From positions 38,502,001 through 38,566,000 of the forward strand of contig OX597824.1 of assembly GCA_951406725.2 (NCBI GenBank): 64,000 nucleotides of DNA, in the 5' to 3' direction. The notes below the pieces were generated by a model that saw only the letters and a list, made by a program, of their open reading frames with translations, was not told the origin of the DNA and made no database searches. Below are positions 1-11,479 of the stretch, piece by piece. The DNA comes from Octopus vulgaris (Eukaryota). The translations under genes and the position numbers were made by a program. Position 1 is the first letter of the stretch. Each line of letters begins with the position of its first letter.

Positions 1-632
1 TGATGCACGAACCTGCGTTCATAAACCTTCGAACAGAGGAGGTCATCAACTTCTCTTTACTCGCTTGGCAACCACAGACCGGTTTCGGGGTAGTTGCTCC
101 TTATCAATTTGGGGCAGCCGAGTCCAGCAGGGGTCACTGTTGACCTCTGTTCGAAGGTTTTATTTAAATATATTTAGTGAAAGATATTCACTGATTTTCA
201 AAAATAGAAATCTTATAATTTCTAAATCTAGATATAGCAGCTGTACTGGATATTAATATTTATTGCTAAACTAACATGGCGGTCTAGAGAAACAGCTGTT
301 GATTAGCTCCGAGAGGCGATCGCCTCTAACTAGCACGAATATATATAAATAAAACCTTCGAACAGAGGTCAACAGTGACCCCTCTGGACTCAGTTGCTCC
401 ACATTGCTAAGCAGAAACTACCCCGAAACTGGTCTGTGGATGTCAAGCCAGCAAAAGGAAGGTGATGACTTCCCCTGTTCGAAGGTTTATGGACTCAGGT
501 TCGTGCGTTATATAGCTGAACAACAACAGCATTCGCCCTAATTCTCTGGACTGCCACGTTAGTTTGGCAATAAATATTAATACCCAGTACTGCTGCTATA
601 TAACTCCTTTAGAGAAATTTTGAAATTATAAC

Positions 633-636
<4 letters not shown>
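1..636. mobile_element. Inverted pair of PLE pseudo-LTR-like segments, each with a degenerate hammerhead motif
   Basis: 1-170 is the reverse complement of ~340-510, and ~205-290 is the reverse complement of ~540-636. Hammerhead-like scaffolds lie at 72-112 (-) and 399-439 (+). Confidence 0.6.
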
Positions 637-681
<45 letters not shown>

Positions 682-752
682 TATATGTACACATATGCAC
701 ATACAAACACACACATACACTATCACACAAGCGAGCACACACATACACACAG

Positions 753-853
<101 letters not shown>

Positions 854-1539
854 ACCTTGGTTTCACAACAGTTGTCTATAGTTATCCACTTTCTCTTTGA
901 TTTCATAGAGATATTCATATCAGCAAGGTCGTTGATCTCTATGATGGAACATGACTCCGCGAAAGCTATAGAATGAGCTACTATAAATTTTCTGCTCGTA
1001 CAATACATTGATCGTAGAAACCTGTATATTATCGTGTATTATCCTAAATTGTTCAAGCTAAAAATAATCATGACTGCTCTCAGAAAAAGAGGGTGAAAGA
1101 AAGAGAAAGAACCCTGAATAAGAAATCAATAAAAAAGAAATTAAAAAATGAAAGCTTGTAGAGAAGGGATATAAGAGTTGTGTCCCTTTGGCCCGTTAGA
1201 AGGAAAATTAACTTTGGTTAGTGCGGTCAGTCCAACAGAAAAGATTAAAGCTTATAAGACTGTATGCCTCATCTCGAGCGAATGGGTGGTGTTCTCCACT
1301 TCGATAGCAGAAACTTGTCGAGATGCTTGCATCATGTGAATATTTTCGATCCCAAGTTCAGTAAGTGGGTGGTGTGCTTAGATTTAAAAAGGATATGAAT
1401 TCCTTCACTATACAAAGCCTGCTCCGCCGTGACCTACTAATAATGTATGGCGTAGATCACTCTACTATGAACCTTTTCATAGTCTGTGAGATATTTTTGG
1501 CATTCAGATTCCAGATATAGTTGGTTAGCTTAGTGGTTT

Positions 1540-2350
1540 TCTTCTTCCGAACGTACCGGAAAAAAGACTGGGGGTTGGCATATGTTAATTACTGATCTTC
1601 TGAACATACAAACAGCTAAACGAGGATAAACTTGAACTAATCCAATTCAGAAAAGAAGATCCACTTAAATTACCATATTTATTTCCTTCGGGTGCTACCC
1701 TCGAGGCATCAAACGCCAAGGAATTCGGAGTAATTATTGATAACAACTTACAGTGGTGAGTCCACATAAACAGCAAAATTAAATTGGCCCATAAGACGTA
1801 CTCCTAGATCCTTAGGAGTTACCGATCTAGGGATTCTTTACGATTATCCTCCCCTTCTCCACCTTCGTCTCCACCTCGAATAATATCGTCCGCTGCACTC
1901 TCGCTACAAGAAACAACGTATTACAAAAATTGAAGCACTGCAGAGATCAACCACCCAAGAAAAATTACAGATGATATGATAAACTTTTATTATAGGGATC
2001 GATTCAAGAAGCTCAAGCTTTATTCCCTTCAACAAGTGTTGTATGATGTGGGAAATATTCATCAACTTTAATATTTACCGAAGGCACGGTCCTCGTGCAA
2101 TCCGTCCTCTACAAAATTTCTGGTCATATCACAGCCCTGGAACGGAACTAGTTCACCTCAAATGGCCCTATTCTCTTTGACATGCACAAGACGCACAAGG
2201 GAAGAAAATGATCCCATAACATTCAAAGGGTTCATGGACAAATTCTCCCACAAAATCTTCGATAAACTACCTACACCACCGATATATCTCTGCAAACAAT
2301 AACTTAATTCGAGTGCGGTATGGAGCCGAGAATAAGGCTGTAACATGAAA
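1540..2350 (+). mobile_element. Decayed CR1/L2-group LINE, 3' part of ORF2
   Basis: Broken translation includes AKEFGVIIDNNLQW, YYRDRFKKLKLYSLQQ, RHGPRAIRPL and EENDPITFKGFMDKF, typical of the post-RT region of CR1-group elements. Many stops and frameshifts. Confidence 0.65.
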
Positions 2351-2466
2351 ATTGATGAAATGGCTATTCCAGAATGCGCTGTTAAGATAGTCTTGGCATT
2401 GGTCAATATTGGTCGAAATATATCTAAGTGTATATATGTGTGTGTGTGTGTGTACATATTCACATG

Positions 2467-2592
<126 letters not shown>

Positions 2593-3181
2593 CAATGAAA
2601 CTTAACAAAAAGTACTTTGTTCCAATGGAGATTTCAATGACTCAAACTCTAGTCAGAGATAACCAATCGCCTTTCGTTGGACTCACGGATTTAGTAACAC
2701 CAATTTGAGTGTGTATGTATGTGTGTGTGTGTTGTGCATGTTTGATCTAACACACACACACAAACTCTAACACACGCGCGCTGATGCGCGCACTCATATA
2801 TATTTTTCGTTGTCTGTAGCAAGATGTGTGGTTATGAAACAAAAAAAGACACACGATTGGCTGATTTACTGCTGACGTAAGACACAGAAAGAAAGAAAGA
2901 AAGAAAGAAAGAAAAAGAAAGAAAGAAAGAGAGAAAGAAAGAAAGAAGAAAAGAAAGAAAGGATGATTATAACAACAAAGTCAGCTGCGGTGATGGAATA
3001 AGTGCAACAACGGTAAAATGTAATAACAATAAGAACAAAAGTAACGACGGTGTTTGGCGTTGTCGGCATTGGTACTGCGAATAATATGAGGAAGTGCTCT
3101 GTTGTTCATTCTTTCATTTTGATTTTGCTCTATAGAACTGTCAATTCATTTGTGGCAATAAAACAAGCATTTAATATACAC

Positions 3182-3212
<31 letters not shown>

Positions 3213-3244
3213 TGTATGTATGTATGTATGTATGTATGTATGCA

Positions 3245-3309
<65 letters not shown>

Positions 3310-3337
3310 GTGTAATCTATACATATATTATATGTGT

Positions 3338-3394
<57 letters not shown>

Positions 3395-3437
3395 TATGTA
3401 TACATGTATACACATATAATATATGTATAGATTACAC

Positions 3438-3490
<53 letters not shown>
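3245..3490. repeat. Long palindrome built on (TA)n tracts with unique inverted arms
   Basis: ATCTGTGTAATCTATACATATATTATATGTGTATACATGTA (~3306-3346) recurs as its reverse complement at ~3399-3441. Centre and flanks are self-complementary (TA)n. Confidence 0.85.
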
Positions 3491-3495
<5 letters not shown>

Positions 3496-3971
3496 ATATG
3501 CATACATACAAACATATATGCATATACACAAGTATTCGCTCACACACATGCATAAAAAATAGACAATAACAAAAAAAGAAAAAAAGAAATGAAATAAAAT
3601 CAAGCTGGTAAATTTGCCATTTCTGGCTTAATATAAAAGAACTTTTCAGATCAATCGTCCCAATGAACCAACAAGCATTTCATATATTTTATTTAAGTAT
3701 TTTTCATTTTATGATTTGCCTTTGTCTTCCCTCTGGCATCAGTTCCTCTACTTTTACATGAAACGTGCATACATACGTTCATACATACCTGCATGCATAT
3801 ATACGCAGTCTTAATGCACTCATACATACGTTCGTGCATAAATATATGCATGCATTCATAGATACATACATTCATACATGCATATATATCAATAACGAAC
3901 TGAAAGAACGACCTCCTAGCACCATATTGGTCGGTAAATAATTTCTCTTATTGAATTCAAGAGTTCGCGAC

Positions 3972-4030
<59 letters not shown>

Positions 4031-4176
4031 AACTCTTGTCAGTAAAAATGGTGAAGGCATCATGTATTATCCAAACTCCGATTCAATAACTGCGAATGTG
4101 CGTCAGCACGAAACCTGTGGTATCACACTACTGAATTTCTATTAAATAGATACTTTCATTCGTATATACATACAGA

Positions 4177-4345
4177 CGCAGGCGTGGCTGTGTGGAAAGA
4201 AACTTGCTTCCCAGCTACATGGTTCTGGGTTCAGTCCCACCGTGTAGCACTTTGGGCAAGTGCCTTGTACTGTAGCCTCGGTCCGATCAAAGCCTTGTGA
4301 ATGGATTTGGTAGGCAGAAACTGAAAAAAAGGCCGTTGTATATAT
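4177..4345 (+). mobile_element. SINE family B, 5' part (tRNA-like head plus CORE-like block)
   Basis: GGCGTGGCTGTGTGG...GGGTTCAGTCCC...TTGGGCAAGTG...TGGATTTGGTAG matches the longer copies at 19562, 25092 and 26075. Confidence 0.75.
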
Positions 4346-4543
4346 ATTTATAATAATAAGTAATTTGGACAAAAAAATAATTCGATTAATGTCTTTAAAC
4401 GTTGGGTAGAGTGCAGGCTACCTGTTGTCATCCGCAGTTGTGGTACACTACCGTTGAATCTACTTCAGGAACTCCGCAGTGGCTGTTAAGGTAATAATAT
4501 TAATTAATAATAGGAGATCGATTTCGTATTAGAATTTTATGAG

Positions 4544-4589
4544 GTACAGCATATGTTTCGACCCATCAGTCTGGGTCTCTTCAGGTACA
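4544..4589 (-). ncRNA. Type-I hammerhead ribozyme-like motif, cleavage site degenerate
   Basis: Minus strand reads tgtac CTGAAGA GACCCA-gactga-TGGGTC GAAA CATATG ct gtac: perfect 6-bp stem II and palindromic stem III. Confidence 0.6.
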
Positions 4590-4703
4590 TTGATAAAGAA
4601 GTCTCATTAGAGATTTTTAGTGTCGGCTGCCTTGTTGTATATATATATATATATATATATGCAGGTCCCGGGTTGAGTCGGGGTTAATTTATTTTATAGA
4701 AGG

Positions 4704-4754
4704 AGCTTCTACAGGACTAGAACTGTTTCATTCAAATGAAATCATCAGGAAGCT
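4704..4754 (-). ncRNA. Type-I hammerhead ribozyme-like motif
   Basis: Minus strand reads AGCTTC CTGATGA tTTCAttTGAAt GAAA CAG-ttctagtc-CTG TA GAAGCT: 6-bp stem I, intact core, GUA triplet, weak stem II. Confidence 0.7.
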
Positions 4755-5421
4755 TGGTGTCAAGAATAGTTTTGGCATTTATACATTTAGGCAGATTTAA
4801 TGGGGTGGTGGTGGGGGACTTTTTTGGGGTAGGCAGGGCACATACTGTCTTTCCTAGGGGAGTGGTCAAAAGAATCAGTGATAAAGTAAATAAATGAACA
4901 AATAGAATAATAGAATAGAGTTTTATATATATATATATATGTATATCTGGAGCAGTAGATTTTGTTAGTAATGCTGAAAGGAGAATCTGGATAAACCGGG
5001 ATTTTCAGAAAGAGAAATCGATCGGCTGATTCTTTCATCACAAGAGCAATCTGTGAGTGGAAAAGTAAAAATATGCAAGACTTTTCTCAAGTTCCAAATG
5101 TGAATTTGTTTTTGCTAACTATATCCTAAAGATGGATCCTTTTATCTTTGTTGGAAACCGGCTCCCTCCTCAGTCGAAGATTTATAATAATTAAAAAAAA
5201 TAGAAGAAACATACGTACGTACATACATACATGCATGCATACATACATACATACATATGTACATACATACACACATACATAAATTCTTACTTACATACAT
5301 ACACACACACATACATACATACATACATACATACATACATACATACATACATACATACATACATACATCATATCTCCTGCGAGTGGCTACAATGTAATCT
5401 TCGTTTGACTAAGGTATCTTT

Positions 5422-5503
5422 GGCCTGACGAGTAGCTAGCAGATTACCCCTTGTTTGGGTGACTATTGCTTCTGTGGTTCTGCTAGCTATGAAAGGCGTA
5501 GCC
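5422..5503 (+). ncRNA. Hammerhead ribozyme-like motif with extended stem II
   Basis: GGC CTGACGA GTAGCTAGCAGA...TCTGCTAGCTAT GAAA ggcg TA GCC: 12-bp stem II, stem III one base from the palindrome ACGCGT. Confidence 0.65.
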
Positions 5504-5985
5504 TGGATTTTATCTATTTCATTCCCTAAACTTGCATTGTCCTTGCAACGTCGATATTCTTCTCTGTGTTTGTGAAATCTTTGTATCTCTGCCGTAGGGC
5601 TTCATTTCCACACGCGCTAGCTTAATTCAATTCGTCCTTAGTCGAAATACACCTGTTGTTATGTCCTGTTATTATTTTTATTGTATTTATTATTGTTTTT
5701 ATATTTGTGTATCTATGTCCGTTTTTCCGTCCTTGTTTTTTGTATACATTCGCTGCTTTCTTCTAAGGAATATAATGCTCTTAGCTTAGTTTTTCCTTGG
5801 GGCAGACCAGATTGGAGCAATCTCAAGATAATCAGCCGAAATTGCGAGGATAATCTGGTGCTTGAGTGAGAAAAGAAAACTTCGAATGACCCGTCCTTGT
5901 TTCCTTTGTATCGTCTATCTGGATGTTTTGTTGTTCCTTCTTGTATCACCTAGCTGTCCGATGTTTTCGTTCTTGTCCCATTTTG

Positions 5986-6041
<56 letters not shown>

Positions 6042-6165
6042 ACACATACACACATACATATGTATGTATGTATAGTTCAAGTATAAAAAACACAAAATGC
6101 ATAGACATGAGAGAGAACAACAAACAAGGTATATTAGTTTGATGCTCAGAAAAAAATGGAGAAGT

Positions 6166-6201
6166 CTTTGACGTTTCGAGCTTGTGCTTTTCGACAGAAA
6201 G
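6166..6201 (-). ncRNA. Degenerate minimal hammerhead motif, related to 13369-13403
   Basis: Minus strand reads CTTT CTGTCGA aaAGCacaaGCTc GAAA CG TC AAAG. The core carries an A>T change. Confidence 0.5.
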
Positions 6202-6213
6202 GAGTGAGGAGAA

Positions 6214-6446
6214 GGCGGCGAGCTGGCAGAAACGTTAGCACGCCGGTCGAAATGCTTAGCGGTATTTCGCCTACCGCTACGTTCTGAGTTCAAATTCCAC
6301 CGAGGTCGACTTTGCCATTCATCCTTTCGGGGTCGATTAAATAAGTACCAGTTACGTACTGGGGTCGATATAATCGACTTAATCCGTTTGTCTGTCCTTG
6401 TTTGTCCCCTCTGTATTTAGCCCCTTGTGGGTAGTAAAGAAATAAG
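6214..6446 (+). mobile_element. SINE family A, full copy with Tx1-like tail
   Basis: GGCGGCGAGCTGGCAGAAACGTTAG (A-box-like) ... GAGTTCAAATTCC (B-box-like) ... CTGGGGTCGAT ... GCCCCTTGTGGGTAGTAAAGAAATA. Many related copies in the window. Confidence 0.85.
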
Positions 6447-6499
6447 AAAGGAATGAGGAGAGAAAATGAAGAGAGGAAAACTGGCAGCTAAACAGATGC

Positions 6500-7160
6500 A
6501 TATACAGTGCTGTTAGCCGTGCGCGGTGGTGCTGCTGAGAAAGGACATGAACAAGGAGGACCAAATAGACAATTTTAGGCCCATAACTCTGACGAATGCA
6601 GGTTATAAGATTTTAGGTGTTAGCGAAGAGGTTGGCGCTTGTAGTCGATAAGCTCGTCGGTGACGCAGAGACATGCGCTATCCACAACAACTTTCACCTC
6701 GCGCGCTACATCATAAAGAAGATAGGGAAGGAACGTGGCATGGGTGGGGCTCTGGTCAATTTGGATCAATCAAAAGCTTTTCATAGTGTTGATCATCAAT
6801 ACTGAAAGACTGTCCTCACGGCGGGTGGGTTCGGTCCTATTTTCAGAGGCTGGATCGCTGCAATGTACAGTGATATCTTTCCGGCGATCAAAGTAAGTGG
6901 CCACCTATCGGAATCGTTTACCATCGAACGTTCGGTCCTTCAAGGATGCCTACTCTCGCTCCCTTTGTATGTGCTGGCTCTCAAGTCATTGCTAAGGAAG
7001 TTGGCTGTTTCCAGGAGCATCCCGCGTGAACGAGGATGCGGAAGGTTCGTGTCGACTTATGCGACGACAAGCGGCGGACATCTCGGAAATCGAAGTGGTC
7101 GGTACTGTCTCAAGGGAGTACGAAGCGATGACAGGAGCAAAGATTAGCAAGAAGTTGACG
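6500..7160 (+). mobile_element. Tx1/L1-group LINE reverse transcriptase fragment (pseudogenised)
   Basis: DNFRPITLTNAGYKIL, VLAKRL, LDQSKAFHSVDHQY, SVLQGCLLS and EYEAMTGAKIS are RT motifs of L1/Tx1 type. Stops and frameshifts present. Confidence 0.85.
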
Positions 7161-7185
7161 AACTTGAAGAGAATAAAGAAAATGC

Positions 7186-7232
<47 letters not shown>

Positions 7233-7234
<2 letters not shown>

Positions 7235-7378
7235 GAGTGAGAGAGCAGAGCATGCCATCAAAGTGACACTGTGGTAAAATATACGAAGCCCAGTATACCC
7301 ATCATCTACCCGTCTGATAAGGGTACACCAGGCACATGCATCACAACCATATGTGCGTGACATGGTGATCTCATATCA
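7233..7378 (-). mobile_element. Repeat family D, truncated retroposon 3' end with (AAT)n tail
   Basis: TTGAGTGAGAGAGCAG...CATGGTGATCTCATATCA is shared with 30501, 38690 and 57722, always abutting a (TTA)n/(AAT)n tract. Confidence 0.75.
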
Positions 7379-7434
7379 GATATTATTATTATTGTTGTTG
7401 TTGTTGTTGTTATAGTTATTAGTATTATTATTAA

Positions 7435-7733
7435 GGCGGCGATAAGTACTAGTTGTGTACTGGGGTCGATCTAATCAACTGGCCCCCTCCTCCAAAATTT
7501 CAGGCCTTGTGCCTATAGTATAAAGGATTATGAAGGCTGCGAGCTGGTAGAATCGTTAGCACACCGGGCAACATGCATAGCAGCATCTGGTCCGTCTTTA
7601 CGTTCTGAGTTCAAATTCCGCCGAGGTCGACTTTGCCTTTCATCCTTTCGGAATCGATGAAATTAGTAACAGTTGAATTGTAATCGAATATACCTCAAAT
7701 TTCAGGCCTTATGGCTATAGTAGAAAGGATTAT
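7435..7733 (+). mobile_element. Two SINE family A copies with the alternative tail
   Basis: Family A body ending AAATTTCAGGCCTTGTGCCTATAGTA(G/T)AAAGGATTAT. Confidence 0.75.
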
Positions 7734-7762
7734 CCTCCTCCTCCTCCTCCTCCTCCTCCTCC

Positions 7763-7822
<60 letters not shown>

Positions 7823-8154
7823 ACATCAACATCATCATCATCATCATCATCGTCGTTGTCGTCGTCGTCGTCGTCATCGTCATCGTCATCGTTATTATTA
7901 TTATTACCAAATCATTCTTCTTTTGTCATAGGTGCATTATTTTGGTGTTGTTTCTAAGTTCTGAAATTATTTCCTCTATCTTACCTGTTTTTCTTGTAGT
8001 TTCCTCTGATTTCTTCTTTCATCTGTGGCGGCAGAATCGCAATAATTCTTAATCTCAGATCAATATTTGTTCGATTTCTTGCTCTTAACTTTGATCGATG
8101 TTTTGGCTCTTATCCAATACTCACGCAAATACACCAACGCACATGCAACGTACT

Positions 8155-8186
<32 letters not shown>

Positions 8187-8237
8187 CGATCTCTCTCTCT
8201 ATATATATATAATATATATATATATACATATATATAT

Positions 8238-8269
<32 letters not shown>

Positions 8270-8445
8270 ATAGATAGATCGGGAAAACAAACATGTTTGA
8301 ATATATGCATACAAGATGATGGATTTGATTGCTCACGTAAGTAATGACATACATCCTAGATACCCACCACAAACAACACAGTTATATAAAACTATATAAG
8401 TATGTGTGCCTGTAAGTGTACATGTAAAAGTATTAACATATATTT

Positions 8446-8659
8446 ATTCCAAATTTTGGCACAAGGCCAGCAATTTTGTGGGGTGTGGGTAAGTCGACTG
8501 CATCGAGCCCAGTGCTCGACTGGTGCTTATTCTATCGATATGGAAAGGATAAAAGACAAAGTGGACTTCGGCGGAATTTGAACTAAGAACGTAGAGACTG
8601 GCGAAATGTCGCTACACACTTTGCCTAGTGTGCTAACGGTTGTGCCAGCTCACCGCCTT
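8446..8659 (-). mobile_element. SINE family A
   Basis: Diverged reverse complement of the family A body, ending ...TGCCAGCTCACCGCCTT on the plus strand. Confidence 0.75.
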
Positions 8660-8689
8660 TGTGTTAACATAAACAAAAACAAATGTTCC

Positions 8690-8930
8690 TTCTCAAGCCA
8701 TGCCAGACTCATAAGGACAGGTTTCTCGGTTTCAGTGGCGTGGAAATTCGCCACCTGGACTGGACGCCGGTCCATCGCAGCATTACTCATTTTTGCCAGC
8801 TGAGTGGACTGGAGCAACAGGAAAATGAAATGTTTTGCTCAAGAACACAACGCATCGCCTGGTCCAGGAATCGAAAGCACAACCTTATGATTACTAGTTC
8901 AACACATTAAACACTAAGCCACGCGCCTCC
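8690..8930 (-). mobile_element. SINE family C (tRNA-derived head)
   Basis: Reverse complement of GGAGGCGCGTGGCTTAGTG...TTCGATTCCTGGACC...TGTTCTTGAGCAAAAC, matching the copy at 49972. Confidence 0.8.
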
Positions 8931-9745
8931 ACTTGTATTAACATATGTTGATATTAAACATATACCAGTTACAGAGTTCTATAATAATAATATATTTCTC
9001 ATTTATGGTATCACATTGCACCTAACAGTTTATATAAAATGATCTATATATTCGAATGAGCAACTCAGGATCCACGGCTCCATACTTTTATTTCTACTTT
9101 CATTCTCTTATTTCCTTCTATTTTCCCTATCTCCTCCTTTTCCATAATAATTCCTAATAACAGGACATAACAACAGGTATCTTTCGACTAAGGACGAATT
9201 GAATATTTTGACTGTAGACTCAACGTTGTAGTTTAAAACAAGATACACGCAATGAAACTCCGATGAGACAACCAGGGCCCCCTACAGATATTTTACATAG
9301 TCGGACAATATTACTTGTGGGCCCTACATGAAAAAGAGTTAGGTACCTTCCTCATCAGACATTTCCAAGGATCTTTCCTTGGATCTTCGGCATCCCTTTG
9401 ACTCACCGATTTTTGGATGTGTTAACGTAATTCAAATACCACGGGTTCTTGGGACAGCTTCTTATGCTTCAGAAGGTCCATTTTTATGAAAAATGAAATA
9501 CCTGAAAAATCACCATTCACCATCCATGATACTAGCTGAGATGTTGCCGTAGCTTTCTTAAGTTTAATTGAAAGCAGCCCCTTGCAAAGACTGTTATTTC
9601 ATTACGTAGCAATGGCAAGTATTTTCTATGCATTATTAAATTTTGTTTTATGCATTAGCATTTCGCTAAATTATCCATAAATTTTTATGGTAAATACATA
9701 TATACTGGCAGAGGGAATTAGCCGATCCTGCGCCGTTCAAGCGAA

Positions 9746-9795
9746 CCTCACTGACGATACCTACAGTCATAGGCGAAACTATACCTAGCCTGGGG
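9746..9795 (+). ncRNA. Degenerate hammerhead motif inside an inverted repeat
   Basis: CCTCA CTGACGA ta CCTA-cagtca-TAGG c GAAA CTA-tacc-TAG cc TGGGG, with the triplet changed to GCC. Flanked by inverted arms at ~9690-9715 and ~9823-9848. Confidence 0.55.
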
Positions 9796-9944
9796 ACCCC
9801 CAGGTCGGTCATGGAGTGGTTGCCTCTCTTGTCAGTATATGTGTTTACATTTTGCGTCCCTCCTACAGCCTTGAGAGTATTTTAGCTCTTATTTCTAGCA
9901 ACATAAGTGCTTCGGCATCCTTAGTCACATTTAGTGACGATTGA

Positions 9945-10367
9945 ATTTCTCATTTATGGTATCACATTGCACCTAACAGTTTATATAAAATGATCTATAT
10001 ATTCGAATGGGCAACACAGGATCCACGGCTCCATACTTTGAAATGACTGAACAAGAACGACGGTCGAAATTTATATACCATGTACAGGAAACTTTTTTAC
10101 CACTTCTATACACCATTTTACTCGAATAATGGAACTGCAACCACAATATTTTATATGTTATTTCTACTTTCATTCTCTTATTTCCTTCTATTTTCCCTAT
10201 CTCCTCCTTTTCCATAATAATTCCTTATTTCGAACTCAAACATTTACTTCTTTCACATCGTCTCTGATGAAGGGATATCCAAAATATCCAAGAAACAGCT
10301 GTAAGACTATATCTCTTTCCTTATAAATGTCCTGAAAACTCCTTACAGCCTTTGTTATCTGCTTTTG

Positions 10368-10370
<3 letters not shown>
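9945..10370 (+). mobile_element. PLE pseudo-LTR-like segment, partly duplicated at ~8995-9155
   Basis: TTTCTCATTTATGGTATCACATTGCACC...CCATACTTT and TATTTCTACTTTCATTCTC...AATTCCT both occur at 8995-9155, without the intervening ~120 bp. Contains the hammerhead at 10260. Confidence 0.6.
10260..10307 (+). ncRNA. Type-I hammerhead ribozyme-like motif
   Basis: GTCT CTGATGA ag GGATAT-ccaaa-ATATCC aa GAAA CAGCTG TA AGAC: palindromic stem III (ACAGCTGT), GUA triplet, mismatch at the base of stem II. Confidence 0.7.
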
Positions 10371-10414
<44 letters not shown>

Positions 10415-10539
10415 AAACATGACCCACATTATATATATATATAACAAAACATATGGATAAAGAAAATCCACATCTTTAATTGTTGAAGTCACCATACAAA
10501 GCCGCCAATCATTTCTGTTGATACAGAAAATATCATTCA

Positions 10540-10619
<80 letters not shown>

Positions 10620-10626
10620 GTCTATC

Positions 10627-11030
10627 TTGCGTTCGACTCGTCAAGGATGCCCCTTCTCATCGCTTCTGTATGTATTGACTCTTGAGCCACTACTGCGGAA
10701 ACTGGCGATGCTGAAGGGCCTCCCACGAGAGCTGGGATGCGGGAGAAGCGTGTCTGCATACACGGACAACGTCACCATCATAGTGTCGAGCCACAAGCAC
10801 ATCGATCTGGTCGGCGAGACACTAAAAGGATAGGAAGCGGTAACGGGAGCAAAAATTAACCGGGAAAAAATAGTGGGCTATCGAGAAGCATTACCTGTTC
10901 GGTATAAGCTCTACAGGCACGGTTCGAGACACAATGGACCGACTTGCCCGAGATGCGGTCAGAGAGCGACGAAACCGTTCTGCACGCACTTGTGCAGTGT
11001 CCATCCATTTCGGACCTGTGGGCTTATTCC
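10627..11030 (+). mobile_element. Tx1-group LINE fragment (RT joined to C-terminal zinc-binding region)
   Basis: RSTRQGCPFSSLLYVLTLEPLLRKL...SAYTDNVT...AVTGAKINREK, then TCPRCG...ETVLHALVQCP. Confidence 0.8.
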
Positions 11031-11479
11031 ACGTTGATGACGGCAACAAAAGCGACATACACTACTAGTGTCAATCTGCTACCAATGCTACCACCTCTGC
11101 TGTTACTGTCACAATCACCATGTCCACCACCACTACAACCACCACCACCACCATCGCCGCCAACACCACCACTGCAGCCGCCACCACCGCCACCGCCTCC
11201 GCCGCTGCCACCCTCCTTCACTCCACTAAGAACAAAACTTCAATAATTAAACAATTATAATAGACTCCTCATTATATTCATAAAAATGCCACGGATGTTA
11301 TTCAAGGGAAATAACTTTGATAAGCTTTTAAAGTTAGCTCCCTTGACGAAGCGTGTCAACACTCAGATGAGTTAAGTCCGTTTCATGAACCGGATAGGGG
11401 CAATTACTCGTAAGTATCTTCTTCATAATGTAGGTCCAAGTAAATAGATGAAAGGGCCAATATACACTCAATTCTCTTT

